A stretch of DNA of 64,000 nucleotides from Longimicrobiales bacterium (GTDB lineage: Bacteria > Gemmatimonadota > Gemmatimonadetes > Longimicrobiales > Gaopeijiaceae). A model generated the notes under the pieces. The model saw only the letters and a program-made list of their open reading frames with translations. It was not told where the DNA came from and ran no database searches. A program made the translations under genes and the position numbers. The stretch is from contig CBDDCX010000008.1 of assembly GCA_965226375.1 (NCBI GenBank), forward strand, positions 1,024,001 through 1,088,000, given 5' to 3'. This document shows positions 41,331 to 51,818 of this stretch, piece by piece; within the stretch, counting starts at the first letter, position 1, and each line of letters begins with the position of its first letter.

Positions 41331-42746
41331 CTGGAGAACCTGGGTTGGTTGTCGGTAGTCCCACCGGTGGTGGCCATCACCATGGCCATCGTCAGCAGCA
41401 ACGTCTACTTCTCGCTGCTCCTCTTCATCTTCCTCGGGTGGACAATCGTTGACGGCGGCAATCCGATTCAGGGGGCGATCGACACCGTGGACGGGATCGT
41501 GGCGGTGTTCGCCGACACCGGGAACACCCAGATCATCATCTTCCAGTTGTTGATCGGGGGAGTGGTCGCGTTGGTGCAGTATTCAGGTGGCGTCCAGGGC
41601 TTCATCGACTTCCTCCATCGCGACGGCGACATGCCCACCAGGCGGAAGGCCGCACTAGCGACCGTCCTCGCGGCGATGCCCCTTTACATCGAGACCAACA
41701 TCAACTTGCTGGTTCGAGGGTTTGTGGCTCGCCCAGTGTTCGACGCACTTCGCATTTCGCGTGAGAAGCTCGCCTACCTTCTGGACTCGACGTCTTCTCC
41801 AATGGCTGCACTCTTACCGGTCAACGCATGGGGGGCCTATCTGCTCGCCCTGCTAGCAGCCTTTCAGGTCGAAGAGCCCGTGAGGGTTCTCGTTCAGGCC
41901 ATCCCGTTCAATTTCTACGCCATGTGTGCGATCCTGTTCGCGCTATACATCGCGTTGTCGAATAACGACTTCGGACCCATGAAAAAGGCCGAGGATCGGA
42001 TGCGGGAGACTGGGGAAACCATGGCCGAGGGCAGTCAGGCTTTGGTCTCGGACGACGTGCTTTTGATCGAGCCGAAGGAAGGAATCGTGCCAAGGGCGCA
42101 CAATCTTTTCGTCCCCGTGGTCGTGATGATCGTGGTCATGCTCTCGGTCTTGTACATCACCGGAGATGGGAACCTGATGGCGGGCTCGGGATCGGTGGCG
42201 GTTCTGTGGGCGGCCCTGCTGTCAGTGGTCGTCGCGATGGTTCTCTATAGGGTACAGGGGCTGCTCGGGTTCGGAGAGATGAGCGATCGGGTATTGGACG
42301 GCTTCGCCGGCTTTATTCCCGTAGTCGTGCTTCTTGTCTTGGCCTTTGCGATCTCGGGTACGGTGCAGGCGCTCGGCACCGGGGACTACCTGGCGGAGTT
42401 GGCCAGGGCGTCCGTCAGCCCCATCCTCATTCCCGGTGTCATCTTTCTTACGACATGCTTCACGTCTTTCTCGACGGGCACCTCTTGGGGGACCTGGGCC
42501 ATCATGATCCCCATTGCCCTGCCTATCGCATCAGCTACGGGGCTCGACGTTGGACTGGTTCTCGGGGCTGTCATGGGGGGTGGCATCTTCGGCGATCACT
42601 GTTCGCCCATCTCTGACACCACAATCGTTGCGTCGTTAGCCGGTGGCACGAGTCATCGGGATCACGTGCGGACCCAGCTGCCGTATGCAACAATCGCCGC
42701 CGCTGGGGCGTTGTTGTTGTACACAGTCGCTGCCGTCATCCTTTAA
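41331..42746 (+). CDS. NhaC-family Na+/H+ antiporter or amino acid transporter
   Basis: SREKLAY..DS, FSTGTSWGT, FGDHCSPISDTT, HVRTQLPY; likely CTG start (MENLGWLSVVPP) after AAGGAG. Confidence 0.88.
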   Translation: MENLGWLSVVPPVVAITMAIVSSNVYFSLLLFIFLGWTIVDGGNPIQGAIDTVDGIVAVFADTGNTQIIIFQLLIGGVVALVQYSGGVQGFIDFLHRDGDMPTRRKAALATVLAAMPLYIETNINLLVRGFVARPVFDALRISREKLAYLLDSTSSPMAALLPVNAWGAYLLALLAAFQVEEPVRVLVQAIPFNFYAMCAILFALYIALSNNDFGPMKKAEDRMRETGETMAEGSQALVSDDVLLIEPKEGIVPRAHNLFVPVVVMIVVMLSVLYITGDGNLMAGSGSVAVLWAALLSVVVAMVLYRVQGLLGFGEMSDRVLDGFAGFIPVVVLLVLAFAISGTVQALGTGDYLAELARASVSPILIPGVIFLTTCFTSFSTGTSWGTWAIMIPIALPIASATGLDVGLVLGAVMGGGIFGDHCSPISDTTIVASLAGGTSHRDHVRTQLPYATIAAAGALLLYTVAAVIL

Positions 42747-42805
42747 CGAGTCGGATTGGAAGGTAGAAATGCTCTGTCGGTCTGCATCGTATCTTCTTCA
42801 ATCGC

Positions 42806-44262
42806 GAAGCTGTCCCAACCGTAGTTGAAGGTTCCCGATAGGGGAGAAAGAAAAGTGGTGGCTCCGGGGGTCCCGGGCCGATAGGCTCGGGTAGGCAAAA
42901 ACCCCAACACGGAGCCACCACGATGAAGAGAACATACGAGGTAAGGGATCGGGCGGACAAGCGCGCGATCAGGGAGTTCCTGAAGCGGGAGGGGCAGTTT
43001 CTGGTTCCGATGCTTGAGCTCGTGGAGCAGACGGAGGTCGCGATCGACGAAGTCATCCAGGTGATGGGACGAGCGACGATCGAAGCGGTGCTGGAGATGA
43101 GCGCCGAGGGTGTGGCAGGCGTGAAGCAGGCAGGTCGGTCACGAGCGGAAGACGACACGGTGTGGTATGGCCGGCAGGGTGGTGTGGTTTACCTGTCGGA
43201 CCGGAAGGTGCGTGTGGAGCGGCCACGGCTCAGGCGCCGGGGCGCCGGGGAGGGTGGCGAGGTCGAGGTGCCGGCGTACGCAGCGATGCGGAGACCGGGC
43301 GCCGTGGCGGATCGGATGCTCGAGGTCCTGATGGCGGGGGTGAGCACGCGGAAGTACGGCCGTGTGATCGGTGAGATGGCCGACACGGTCGGGGTGAGCA
43401 AGTCGGCGGTGAGCCGTGAGACGGTCGAGGCCTCGGAGCGCGTGCTGAAGGAGCTGATGGAGCGCCGGCTGGATGCGTGGGACCTCCTGGTGATCTACCT
43501 GGACGGGATCCAGATGGGCTCGCACCACGTGCTTGCTGCGGTAGGCGTGGACTCAGACGGAAAGAAGCACGTGCTGGGCGTGAGGGAAGGAGCGAGTGAG
43601 AACGCCGAGGTGACCAGCGCGCTCCTAGAGGATCTGGTCGAGCGCGGCCTGGACCCGGGCAGGCGGCGGCTGTTCGTGATCGATGGCTCGAAAGCGCTCA
43701 GGAAGGCGATCGAGAAGGTGTTCGGCCAACGTCACCCCATCCAGCGCTGCCGCAACCACAAGCTCCGCAACGTGCTGGGTCATCTGCCGAAGGATCAGCA
43801 TCCTCAGGTGAAGGCGGCGTTCCGGGCGGCGATGAAGCTGGACGCGAAGCAGGGCGAGCAGAAGCTCGAGCAGCTCGCCCGATGGCTCGAGCGCGACCAC
43901 CCCTCGGCCTCGGCCAGCCTACGCGAAGGCCTCAGCGAGATGTTCACGATCAACCGGCTCGGCCTCCCGCCGCGGCTGAGGAAGTGCCTGGGCTCGACCA
44001 ACCTGATCGACAGCACCCACTCGGGCGTAAGACAGAAGACCCGCAGGGTGACCCACTGGAAGAACGGAGCGATGGCCTTGCGCTGGGCTGCGGCCTCGTT
44101 CGTGGAGACCGAGAAGAGCTACCGGAGGATCATCGGCTACGACCAGCTCTGGATGCTCAGGGCCCACCTCGACGACCATGAACCGGTTGCCGAAATGAGA
44201 AAGGCAGGCTAACAAGGAGACTCTCCGGAGCCACCACCTTCAACTGTCAGCGGGACACCATC
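42806..44262 (+). mobile_element. IS256-family insertion sequence
   Basis: IRs GAAGCTGTCCC......AGTTGAAGGT / GATGGTGTCCC......AGTTGAAGGT; 8-bp TSD TCAATCGC (42798-42805, 44263-44270). Confidence 0.93.
42923..44212 (+). CDS. IS256/mutator-family transposase
   Basis: GVSTRKY, YLDG, VIDGSKAL, QRCRNHK.RN, STN.I.S motifs. Confidence 0.93.
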   Translation: MKRTYEVRDRADKRAIREFLKREGQFLVPMLELVEQTEVAIDEVIQVMGRATIEAVLEMSAEGVAGVKQAGRSRAEDDTVWYGRQGGVVYLSDRKVRVERPRLRRRGAGEGGEVEVPAYAAMRRPGAVADRMLEVLMAGVSTRKYGRVIGEMADTVGVSKSAVSRETVEASERVLKELMERRLDAWDLLVIYLDGIQMGSHHVLAAVGVDSDGKKHVLGVREGASENAEVTSALLEDLVERGLDPGRRRLFVIDGSKALRKAIEKVFGQRHPIQRCRNHKLRNVLGHLPKDQHPQVKAAFRAAMKLDAKQGEQKLEQLARWLERDHPSASASLREGLSEMFTINRLGLPPRLRKCLGSTNLIDSTHSGVRQKTRRVTHWKNGAMALRWAAASFVETEKSYRRIIGYDQLWMLRAHLDDHEPVAEMRKAG

Positions 44263-44296
44263 TCAATCGCTCGCCCAATCCCGCTAGGAGTGAACT

Positions 44297-47200
44297 ATGC
44301 CAAATTTTTGTTCGAAAAGACTCCTTTTGGTCGCGTTCTTGCTGATCCCGGGGGCACTCGGTGCTCAAGAGATACGCACCGTGACCGGGACTGTAACTGA
44401 GTTAGAGACGCTCCAGGCGTTCCCGGGCGTCGAGATCGGGGTTAAGGGGACCAAGATTCTGGCAGTGACCAACGCGGAGGGTTTCTACACTATACGCGTT
44501 CCAGCCGGAGCAGAGACGCTGGTCGCCAGCTACCTGGGGTACCGGACACAGGAGATGGCGGTCGCTCCCCGCGTGGACGTCCAAATGTCCCAAGAGGCCA
44601 TCGGCATCGAGGGACTTACGGTCACTGCGCTCGGGGTGAAGCGTGAAAAGAGGTCGCTGGGCTACTCGGTTCAGGACGTCTCGGGTGCAGATATCTCGGA
44701 AGTCCCAGAGCTCAATATCGTGAATTCGCTGAAGGGAAAAGTGGCGGGTGTCCAGATTACGAACGCTGGTCCGACAGGCGGCTCGGCCCGGATCGTGATC
44801 CGGGGCGCGAGCTCGATCGGGGGAAGTAACCAGCCGCTGTTCATCGTGGACGGTGTGCCGATCGCCAATGTTTCCTCTTCCAACGACGGATTCGGTGGCC
44901 AGTTCTTCGGAACCAGCGTGGATTACGGTAACACGGCTTCTGACCTCGACCCTGCCAACATCGAGTCTATCAGTGTCTTGAAGGGTCCGAACGCCGCCGC
45001 CCTCTACGGCTCACGAGCAGCGGGCGGCGCCGTGGTCATCACGACCAAGTCCGGGAGAGGGGCCCCCGACGGAGGATTGGGCATAACGGCTTCCATGAGC
45101 CTCACCATGGAGGAGCCGCTTCGGCTACCTACTTATCAGAACCGATACGGTCAGGGGCTCTTCGGCGAATTCAATTTTGTCGACGGCGCCGGCGATGGCC
45201 TCTGGGACCATGTGGACGAGAGTTGGGGTCCTGCGCTCTGTCCGGAGGTGTCGGGGTGCGAGACGCTGATCGATCAGTTCACCGGTGTACAGCAGCCCTG
45301 GGTCGCGCAACCCGGGAACGTGCGGGACTTCTTTCGGACGGGCACCACGCTGAACACCAACGTGGCCCTCGCGCGCGCCGGTGAGCGATCCAACGTGCGC
45401 CTGTCTATCACCGACATGGAGCTCACCGGCATGTCTCCAGGCAACAGCATGCAACGGATCGGAGTGGCTCTGAAGGGTGGAGCCACTCTCACCGAGCGGC
45501 TCTCGGCCGAAGCGTCTGTGAACTACATCGACACGGAAGGGGTCAACCGGCCGGGCACGGGATACGGCACGGACAACCCGATGCAGCAGTTCATCTGGTT
45601 CGGTCGACAGGTGGACTTGGAACAGCTTCGTAATTACCGATGCAGTGGGGGCGAGGCGACACCCTGCATTGTCAACGATGGTCAGTACAACTGGAATTAC
45701 AACTACCACAACAACCCGTTCTGGGAGGCTTTGGTCAACACGAACGGCGACGAACGCGACCGCCTCATTGGGCACCTCAACATGGACTATCAGCTCAATG
45801 ACTGGGTGACCGCTTCGGCACGGGTTGGCCGCGATTGGTACCGGGACCACCGCAAGCGCGTGACTGCTCCCAACAGCCTGGACGACGATGGGTTCGGCTC
45901 TTTCTCGGAGGAGACCCTCTACCGATCGGAAACCAATGTCGACGTGTTGGTCAGCGCCACACGGCAGCTAACGTCGGACCTCACGCTGGACGTGGCAGCG
46001 GGCGGGAACAGCCGAAGCAGTACGTTCGAGGGCAGTGGGGTTGGGGTTTCCAGGCTGACGGTTCCCGGCATCTATACCATCGATAATGCGGCTGTGTCTG
46101 CGATCCCTTGGGATCAGTTTGCAGAGAAGGAGGTCCGGAGCTTGTACGGCTCCGCCACCCTGAACTATAGGGGGTACTGGAACTTGGACCTGACCGGACG
46201 AAACGATTGGTCGTCGACGCTTCCGAAGGCCAACAACTCGTACTTCTATCCCTCGGTCTCGACTGCTTTCGTATTCACGGATGCTTTCCAACTCCAGAAT
46301 GACGTGCTCAGCTCCGGCAAGGTGCGCGGAAGCTGGACGCGGGTGGGGAGCGATGCGGGTCCCTACCAGCTCGAGGCGGTCTACTCCGCGCAGCCCGTGT
46401 GGGCCGGGGAGGTCGCGATGTTCGCGGTTCCAAACCAACTGACGAACGCGGCCCTCAAGCCCGAGGAGACTACGGCCTGGGAGGTTGGGGCGGACTTAGG
46501 CTTCTTCGATGAGCGGTTGGGCTTCGTCCTCACCTATTACCAGCGCACAACGGGGCAACAGATTCTGAACGTGGAGACCTCGCGGGCCACCGGGTACAGT
46601 GGGGTAGTCCTGAACGCCGGTGAAATTGCGAACAAAGGCTTCGAGGTCTTGCTCCGGGCCATGCCGGTCGACCTGGATAATGGTTTCCGCTGGGACATGA
46701 CGGTCAACTGGAGCTGGAACAGTCCAAAGGTCACGAAGCTGTTCGGTGACATGGAGACCTTGGTTCTCGGCTCCTATTGGAGCATGAATATCGAGGCCCG
46801 TCTCGGTGAGCCCTATGGAGCGTTTTACGGCAACGGCTATCTGCGTTGCACGGAGGAGTCGGTCGGTGCCGCGGACTGCGCGAGTGACCAGATCGGGATG
46901 GTGATGCTCAGCTCCGGTGGGGTGCCTCTCATCGATCCGGAGCGTCGTGTGCTCGGTAACTACAACCCCGACTGGATTGGCGGTATCCAGAACCGGTTCA
47001 GTTGGGGTCCGCTCGATGTGAGCGTACTGGTCGACGGCCAAGCCGGAGGTGACGTCTTCTCCACGACGAACTGGTGGGGTGAATACACCGGCGTGCTCGA
47101 GTCCACTCTTCTCGGCCGCACCACCGACTTCTGCGAGCCGGGAATCGTGGTACAGGGAGTCCTGCCCGACGGCTCGAGCAACGGCGACGGCACGGTCGAG

Positions 47201-47506
47201 GTCGTTACCTGCCCACAGGATTTCTTTCACGGAAACTTTGGGATCCAAGCGGCGTCGATCGAGGACGCGAGCTACATGAAGCTCCGCGAGGTCCGGATTG
47301 GGTATGAGTTCCCGACCGCCTGGCTGGACGCCGTCGGCTTCCGGGGAGGCAACCTGAGCCTCATTGGAAGGAACCTGTTCCTTTGGTCCAATATCGAGAA
47401 CATCGATCCGGAGACGGCGTTCGACGCCAGCAACGTCCAGGGCATCGAGTTCGGTCAATTCCCGACGGCTAGAAGCATCGGGTTCTCCCTCTCCCTGCGG
47501 CCTTAA
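44297..47506 (+). CDS. susC: SusC/RagA TonB-dependent receptor
   Basis: LGYSVQ, RIVIRG, QPLFIVDGVP, IESISVLKGPNAAALYGSRA, YFYPS, NIDPE. Confidence 0.95.
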   Translation: MPNFCSKRLLLVAFLLIPGALGAQEIRTVTGTVTELETLQAFPGVEIGVKGTKILAVTNAEGFYTIRVPAGAETLVASYLGYRTQEMAVAPRVDVQMSQEAIGIEGLTVTALGVKREKRSLGYSVQDVSGADISEVPELNIVNSLKGKVAGVQITNAGPTGGSARIVIRGASSIGGSNQPLFIVDGVPIANVSSSNDGFGGQFFGTSVDYGNTASDLDPANIESISVLKGPNAAALYGSRAAGGAVVITTKSGRGAPDGGLGITASMSLTMEEPLRLPTYQNRYGQGLFGEFNFVDGAGDGLWDHVDESWGPALCPEVSGCETLIDQFTGVQQPWVAQPGNVRDFFRTGTTLNTNVALARAGERSNVRLSITDMELTGMSPGNSMQRIGVALKGGATLTERLSAEASVNYIDTEGVNRPGTGYGTDNPMQQFIWFGRQVDLEQLRNYRCSGGEATPCIVNDGQYNWNYNYHNNPFWEALVNTNGDERDRLIGHLNMDYQLNDWVTASARVGRDWYRDHRKRVTAPNSLDDDGFGSFSEETLYRSETNVDVLVSATRQLTSDLTLDVAAGGNSRSSTFEGSGVGVSRLTVPGIYTIDNAAVSAIPWDQFAEKEVRSLYGSATLNYRGYWNLDLTGRNDWSSTLPKANNSYFYPSVSTAFVFTDAFQLQNDVLSSGKVRGSWTRVGSDAGPYQLEAVYSAQPVWAGEVAMFAVPNQLTNAALKPEETTAWEVGADLGFFDERLGFVLTYYQRTTGQQILNVETSRATGYSGVVLNAGEIANKGFEVLLRAMPVDLDNGFRWDMTVNWSWNSPKVTKLFGDMETLVLGSYWSMNIEARLGEPYGAFYGNGYLRCTEESVGAADCASDQIGMVMLSSGGVPLIDPERRVLGNYNPDWIGGIQNRFSWGPLDVSVLVDGQAGGDVFSTTNWWGEYTGVLESTLLGRTTDFCEPGIVVQGVLPDGSSNGDGTVEVVTCPQDFFHGNFGIQAASIEDASYMKLREVRIGYEFPTAWLDAVGFRGGNLSLIGRNLFLWSNIENIDPETAFDASNVQGIEFGQFPTARSIGFSLSLRP

Positions 47507-47532
47507 CGGCACCGGAAAGAAAGGCATAAATC

Positions 47533-48978
47533 ATGCGTAACATGAGACCTGTCCGGGCCGCAAGTTTGGTCATTGTTGCTTGGACTGCCGCAGCTTGTAC
47601 AGACGGGTTGACGGACATCAATGCCAACCCGAACGCCCCGACCGACGTGTCTGCTCGGTTCCTTCTTCCTCAGGCGATTCAGAGCTCGGTTCGGACGGCG
47701 TTCGGCACCTCGCAGATGGCGTCGCATACCGGCATCTGGGCTCAGCATTTTGTCCAGATTCAGTACCCGAGTGAGGAACAGGGTCAGGTGCGCGCTTCGA
47801 GCATGGAGGCGTTCTGGGGCGGGTACTACGCCGGAGGTCTGAAGGACACCCAGTTGGTGGTGGACAAGGGGGTCGAGTCCGGTGAACCGAACATCGAGGG
47901 CGTCGGTCGAATCTGGAAGTCCTGGATCTTCCACATCGTCACGGACCTCTGGGGCGACGTGCCGTACTCAGAGGCCCTTGCGGGCGAGGCGATCGCCGTG
48001 CCGGTCTACGATGCGCAGTCGACCGTCTATGACGGGCTGTTCGCGGATCTGGCGCGGGGCGCGTCGCTGGTGGGCTCCGGAAGTACAAATTTCGGATCCG
48101 GTGATCTTCTCTACGGCAACAATTTCACCCGATGGCGCCGGTTCGCGAATTCGCTTCGCATGCGCCTGGCCATGCGCCTTTCGGAAGTGGACCCCGGAAG
48201 GGCACGCGCCGAGTTCGCGACTGCGTTCGCCGAGGGTGGCTTCTCCAGCAACCTGGACAACGCTTTTTTGGATTATCCAGGCTCTCCGTATGAGAATCCG
48301 TTCTATGTGGATTATCTCACGCGTGACGACCACGGGGTGAGCGAAACCATGATCGACATGCTTGTCGATCTGAACGACCCGCGGCTCGCCCTGTATGCAA
48401 AGCCGGCACGTAGGGACGGACAGTACCGCGGGCACGAAAATGGCTCGGAGCACCTGCCTCCTGGGCAATCGCTGTCCTTCTTTTCCCGGATCGGTGAATT
48501 CTGGCGTGGTGACGCCTCGGCTGCGACTCCGAGCGCCGTCATGACCTACGCCGAGGTGCTCTTCCTACAGGCTGAAGCCGCCGCAAGGGGTTGGATCAGC
48601 GGAAATCCTGCTGAGCTCTATGTCGAGGCCATCGAGGCCAACATGCGCATGTACAGTCTATACGTAGAAGGGCCGAGTAGCGCCGAAATCTCGGCCTATC
48701 TCGCCCAGCCCGAGGTAGCCTACGGCGGGTTGAGCTCAATCCATCTCCAGAAGTGGATTGCGCTTTGGATGAACGGTCAGGAAGCGTACTCCAACTGGCG
48801 TCGAGTAGATTCGCCGACGCTCATGGCGGGGCCGGATCTGATGACCAGCCGGATTCCGATTCGTTTCTCCTACCCGGATAGTGAGCAGTCGCTGAACAGT
48901 AGCAATCTGGACGCGGCGGTCGCCCGCCAGGGCGGTGGACTCGATCTGGTAACCCCGGTTTGGTGGGATATGAACTAG
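47533..48978 (+). CDS. susD: SusD/RagB lipoprotein
   Basis: Lipobox AAAC, INANPN, DLWGDVPYSEA, W.RFANSLR.R, YAEV.F..AEAA.RGW, QKWIA. Confidence 0.93.
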   Translation: MRNMRPVRAASLVIVAWTAAACTDGLTDINANPNAPTDVSARFLLPQAIQSSVRTAFGTSQMASHTGIWAQHFVQIQYPSEEQGQVRASSMEAFWGGYYAGGLKDTQLVVDKGVESGEPNIEGVGRIWKSWIFHIVTDLWGDVPYSEALAGEAIAVPVYDAQSTVYDGLFADLARGASLVGSGSTNFGSGDLLYGNNFTRWRRFANSLRMRLAMRLSEVDPGRARAEFATAFAEGGFSSNLDNAFLDYPGSPYENPFYVDYLTRDDHGVSETMIDMLVDLNDPRLALYAKPARRDGQYRGHENGSEHLPPGQSLSFFSRIGEFWRGDASAATPSAVMTYAEVLFLQAEAAARGWISGNPAELYVEAIEANMRMYSLYVEGPSSAEISAYLAQPEVAYGGLSSIHLQKWIALWMNGQEAYSNWRRVDSPTLMAGPDLMTSRIPIRFSYPDSEQSLNSSNLDAAVARQGGGLDLVTPVWWDMN

Positions 48979-49008
48979 GGTCCTGTCCCAGAAGTCGCTA
49001 ACGTGCGG

Positions 49009-49458
49009 CTACCCGATGCTACGCATGAAAATCAGGATGAGCCCGTGCGCATGGGTAGCGTACCCGGGGCGTTTGGTGAAGCCCTGCGGGTAAACCTCGA
49101 TCGACTCCACATCGTGGCTTCGAAGGGACTCCAGAATGCATGTATCTGAAGAAAGCGTACCGTCCACGTATACGTGAGGCCTGATCGCCTGCTGGAACGC
49201 CACTTGTTGGCGGATGTTCACCTCGGGACAACCAGCTCCCGTCCGTCGGACCTTCAGATTCGGCACCTTGCCCTCTATGGTGCTGAGGACCGATCCCCGT
49301 CCGTCGGTCAACGCGGTACCCGTCAGAATAAAGCCACCATCTCGCACATCGATACCGTTGTCAGTGCGAGCTCGGCCGTCGGGAAATTGAGCGGTCTGGC
49401 ACGTAGCCAGCGAGATCGCCAAGACAGGGAGAAAGACTCTGCAGGCCTCAATGAACAT
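49009..49458 (-). CDS. Stand-alone TonB-plug-like lipoprotein
   Basis: Lipobox-like SLATC; GKVPNL, PHVYVDG, DVESIEVY, HGLILI. Confidence 0.65.
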   Translation of the reverse strand: MFIEACRVFLPVLAISLATCQTAQFPDGRARTDNGIDVRDGGFILTGTALTDGRGSVLSTIEGKVPNLKVRRTGAGCPEVNIRQQVAFQQAIRPHVYVDGTLSSDTCILESLRSHDVESIEVYPQGFTKRPGYATHAHGLILIFMRSIG

Positions 49459-49590
49459 GGATCTCTCCCCTCGATGGAAGCCAACACCCTACCGATTAGA
49501 TACGGACGTGGCGGCGATCCGTTTCCTCTTGCTCTTTCCGCAATTCTCCCCGGTATTGGATGGGTGCTCAGGTCTTGAAAAAGAGAGGGT

Positions 49591-51569
49591 ATGGAACGAT
49601 CGACGGACAGTACTGAACCGCCGAAATCAGAGGTCAGGGCCAAGGGGTTGAATCTCCGCTGGCCTCCTCCGGGTCTGGAGCGGCTACAGGGCGACGTCTG
49701 GAACGTGGTTCGTAGCGGCACCCTCGCCGCATTGATCCTGGTGTTCCCGCTTCTTCTGTCCATCTCGGTCGAGCAGGACTTCTGGAGCCTGGGCCCACTC
49801 GGTAGTGCCTGGTGGGTCATCTTGATCACCACCGGGGTGGGAATCGGTCTGGTCCTGGAGACCTTTGTCACGCTCATGCGCCTGCTGCGGCGTGCCGGCA
49901 AGTCGGTAGAGAGAGGATACCGATGGCGAATCGTGGCCCAGGTGGCCTGCGACGAACGGCGCGACACCGGCTTCCTGCTTCAGGGGGCCAGGTGGTATGC
50001 CATGCTCACGGAAGGCCAGAGAGGGGCGGTGGCCGGCCTTCGACTTGTCGGTGCGGCCACACAGGTGGTCTCCATTCTGTGGCTTTCGGCGGGTTTCGCA
50101 GTCGCCGTGCTGCTAGCGGCGAGAGGGAGCCTGACGACGACGGGCGTGATCATTTTCACTCTCGCTCCCGCCGCGGCTTGCCTCCTCTTGGCTCTGCTTG
50201 TCCGCACCGTCGAGGGCAACCTGGTCCGACGGGCCCGTAGGGAGTGGTTCCGCCAGCCGTGGGCGGAGGAGCTCGAGGTCAGTGACGTCGAAGAATGGCA
50301 AACCCTGTTGGCCGGAGAGGGTGGATGGCAGGCCCCCGGCTCGGCGTCACCTCAGGCGAAGGTCATCCGGTTCGCGGCCCTGGGGGTGGGCCTCCTCGGT
50401 GTGCTCGCTGTCTTGCCTCCGTTCACCTTGGCGCCGACATCGGCCATCGGGCCGATCATGGCCTCGGTCGCGATCCCCAGGTTCGCACAGACGCAGGAAA
50501 GAGCTGCGCGGGCCGAGGCCTATCGCCCGTATCGGCTTTCCGCGGATGCGAGCGTGGATCCCCTAGAGGCGGGCCGTCTGCTCCAGACGCTGATGTATGT
50601 CGGCCGTAGGACGAGCAACATCCCGGGCGAGGTCCCACCACGGCAGCACTATTCGGCACGCTGGTTCCCGCTCCCCGATGATCCCGGTGGACCCACAGGC
50701 GTCGACCCGAGGCGTTGGGGGCAAGACCTGCTGTCCCGGGCTCGTTCGCTGTCATCGGCTGAGCTCGCCTACCTGGCCGGTATCGCGTCGCACGCAGCGC
50801 ACGGGGACTTCTCACGCCTTGCGGTAGCGGGCGAACTCGACGTGATGGCGGGTCGCTGGAAGCTCCCGTTCGATGGTGTGAGCATCGCAACCCTCCCGTC
50901 CCGAGATTCAACTATCTCACACGGGGCGCCAACGCACATTTGGGCAAGGCCATATACGAGTTGGCCCTCGGAGACGAGTCCCAGGCCGAGGAGACCATAC
51001 GAGAGGTCCTCTCCGTGGGTTTTCTCATTGCGGCGGATGGGCCCACGCTCATCGATAACCTGATCGGATTCTCCTTGGTGAACCTGGGAGCAACGGCCCT
51101 CGAGGCGTTCTATGAAATTACGGGTCGTTCCTCGGACCTGGCGGCGTTTCGGCAAGCTCGAGACGCCGCCAGGCGGGCCGCTCGGGTGCTGACTCAAGGT
51201 CGAGCCACGACGTTGGAGAGCACGCTGGCGGAACTGCCTGAGATCGCCGCCAGTTCGGTGGCGTTGAGGGGTCTCCGCTGGGAGTTCTTCACGCTTACCA
51301 ACACCATCGCCCCCTGCATCAACCTGAACCGAATCGTCTTCGGGCCCGACAGCAACTACGCTGAGTGGGTGGAGGAGGTGCGACGCTCGCTCGTCAGATG
51401 GCCATCAGAAGAGGCCCTCTTCGACTTGGCCCTGGACGGGTATTTCGGAGCGCCCCCTGATCCCGGTACGTCCACTTTCCTGAGCCGCGTCCTGGGCATC
51501 GCCATGGGTGGCCAGGGGGCTTCTGGTAGCTGTTCCGCAGTCTTCCGTCGTCTGAGCGCAGGGCGCTAG
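49591..51569 (+). pseudogene. Multi-TM membrane protein, frameshifted near 50897 (true lesion or sequencing indel)
   Basis: ORFs 49591-51063 and 50940-51569 join as ...ATLPVPRFNYLTRGANAHLGKA... if one C is added in CTCCCGTCCC. Confidence 0.65.
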
Positions 51570-51589
51570 CTGATACGTCTCAGATCTCG

Positions 51590-51617
51590 TTGACGGTCCA
51601 TAACGGTCTGTTAGCTT
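51590..51617 (+). promoter_or_regulatory. Probable promoter of tRNA-Arg
   Basis: TTGACG-16 nt-TAGCTT with a TGn extended -10. Confidence 0.5.
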
Positions 51618-51651
51618 CCACCAGGTTTCCGGCCGTATCCGGCCGGCTCCG

Positions 51652-51725
<74 letters not shown>

Positions 51726-51782
51726 CTCAGAAAGAACAGTCAATAAGGGATCGTTCGCGATCCCGTCGGGTATCAGATTCCA

Positions 51783-51805
51783 AACAGTAACACGCAACAG
51801 TAACA
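51783..51805. repeat. Direct repeat AACAGTAACA x2, putative integrase arm-type sites
   Basis: Copies at 51783-51792 and 51796-51805, between the tRNA and the integrase start. Confidence 0.55.
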
Positions 51806-51818
51806 GGAATCGGTACTC

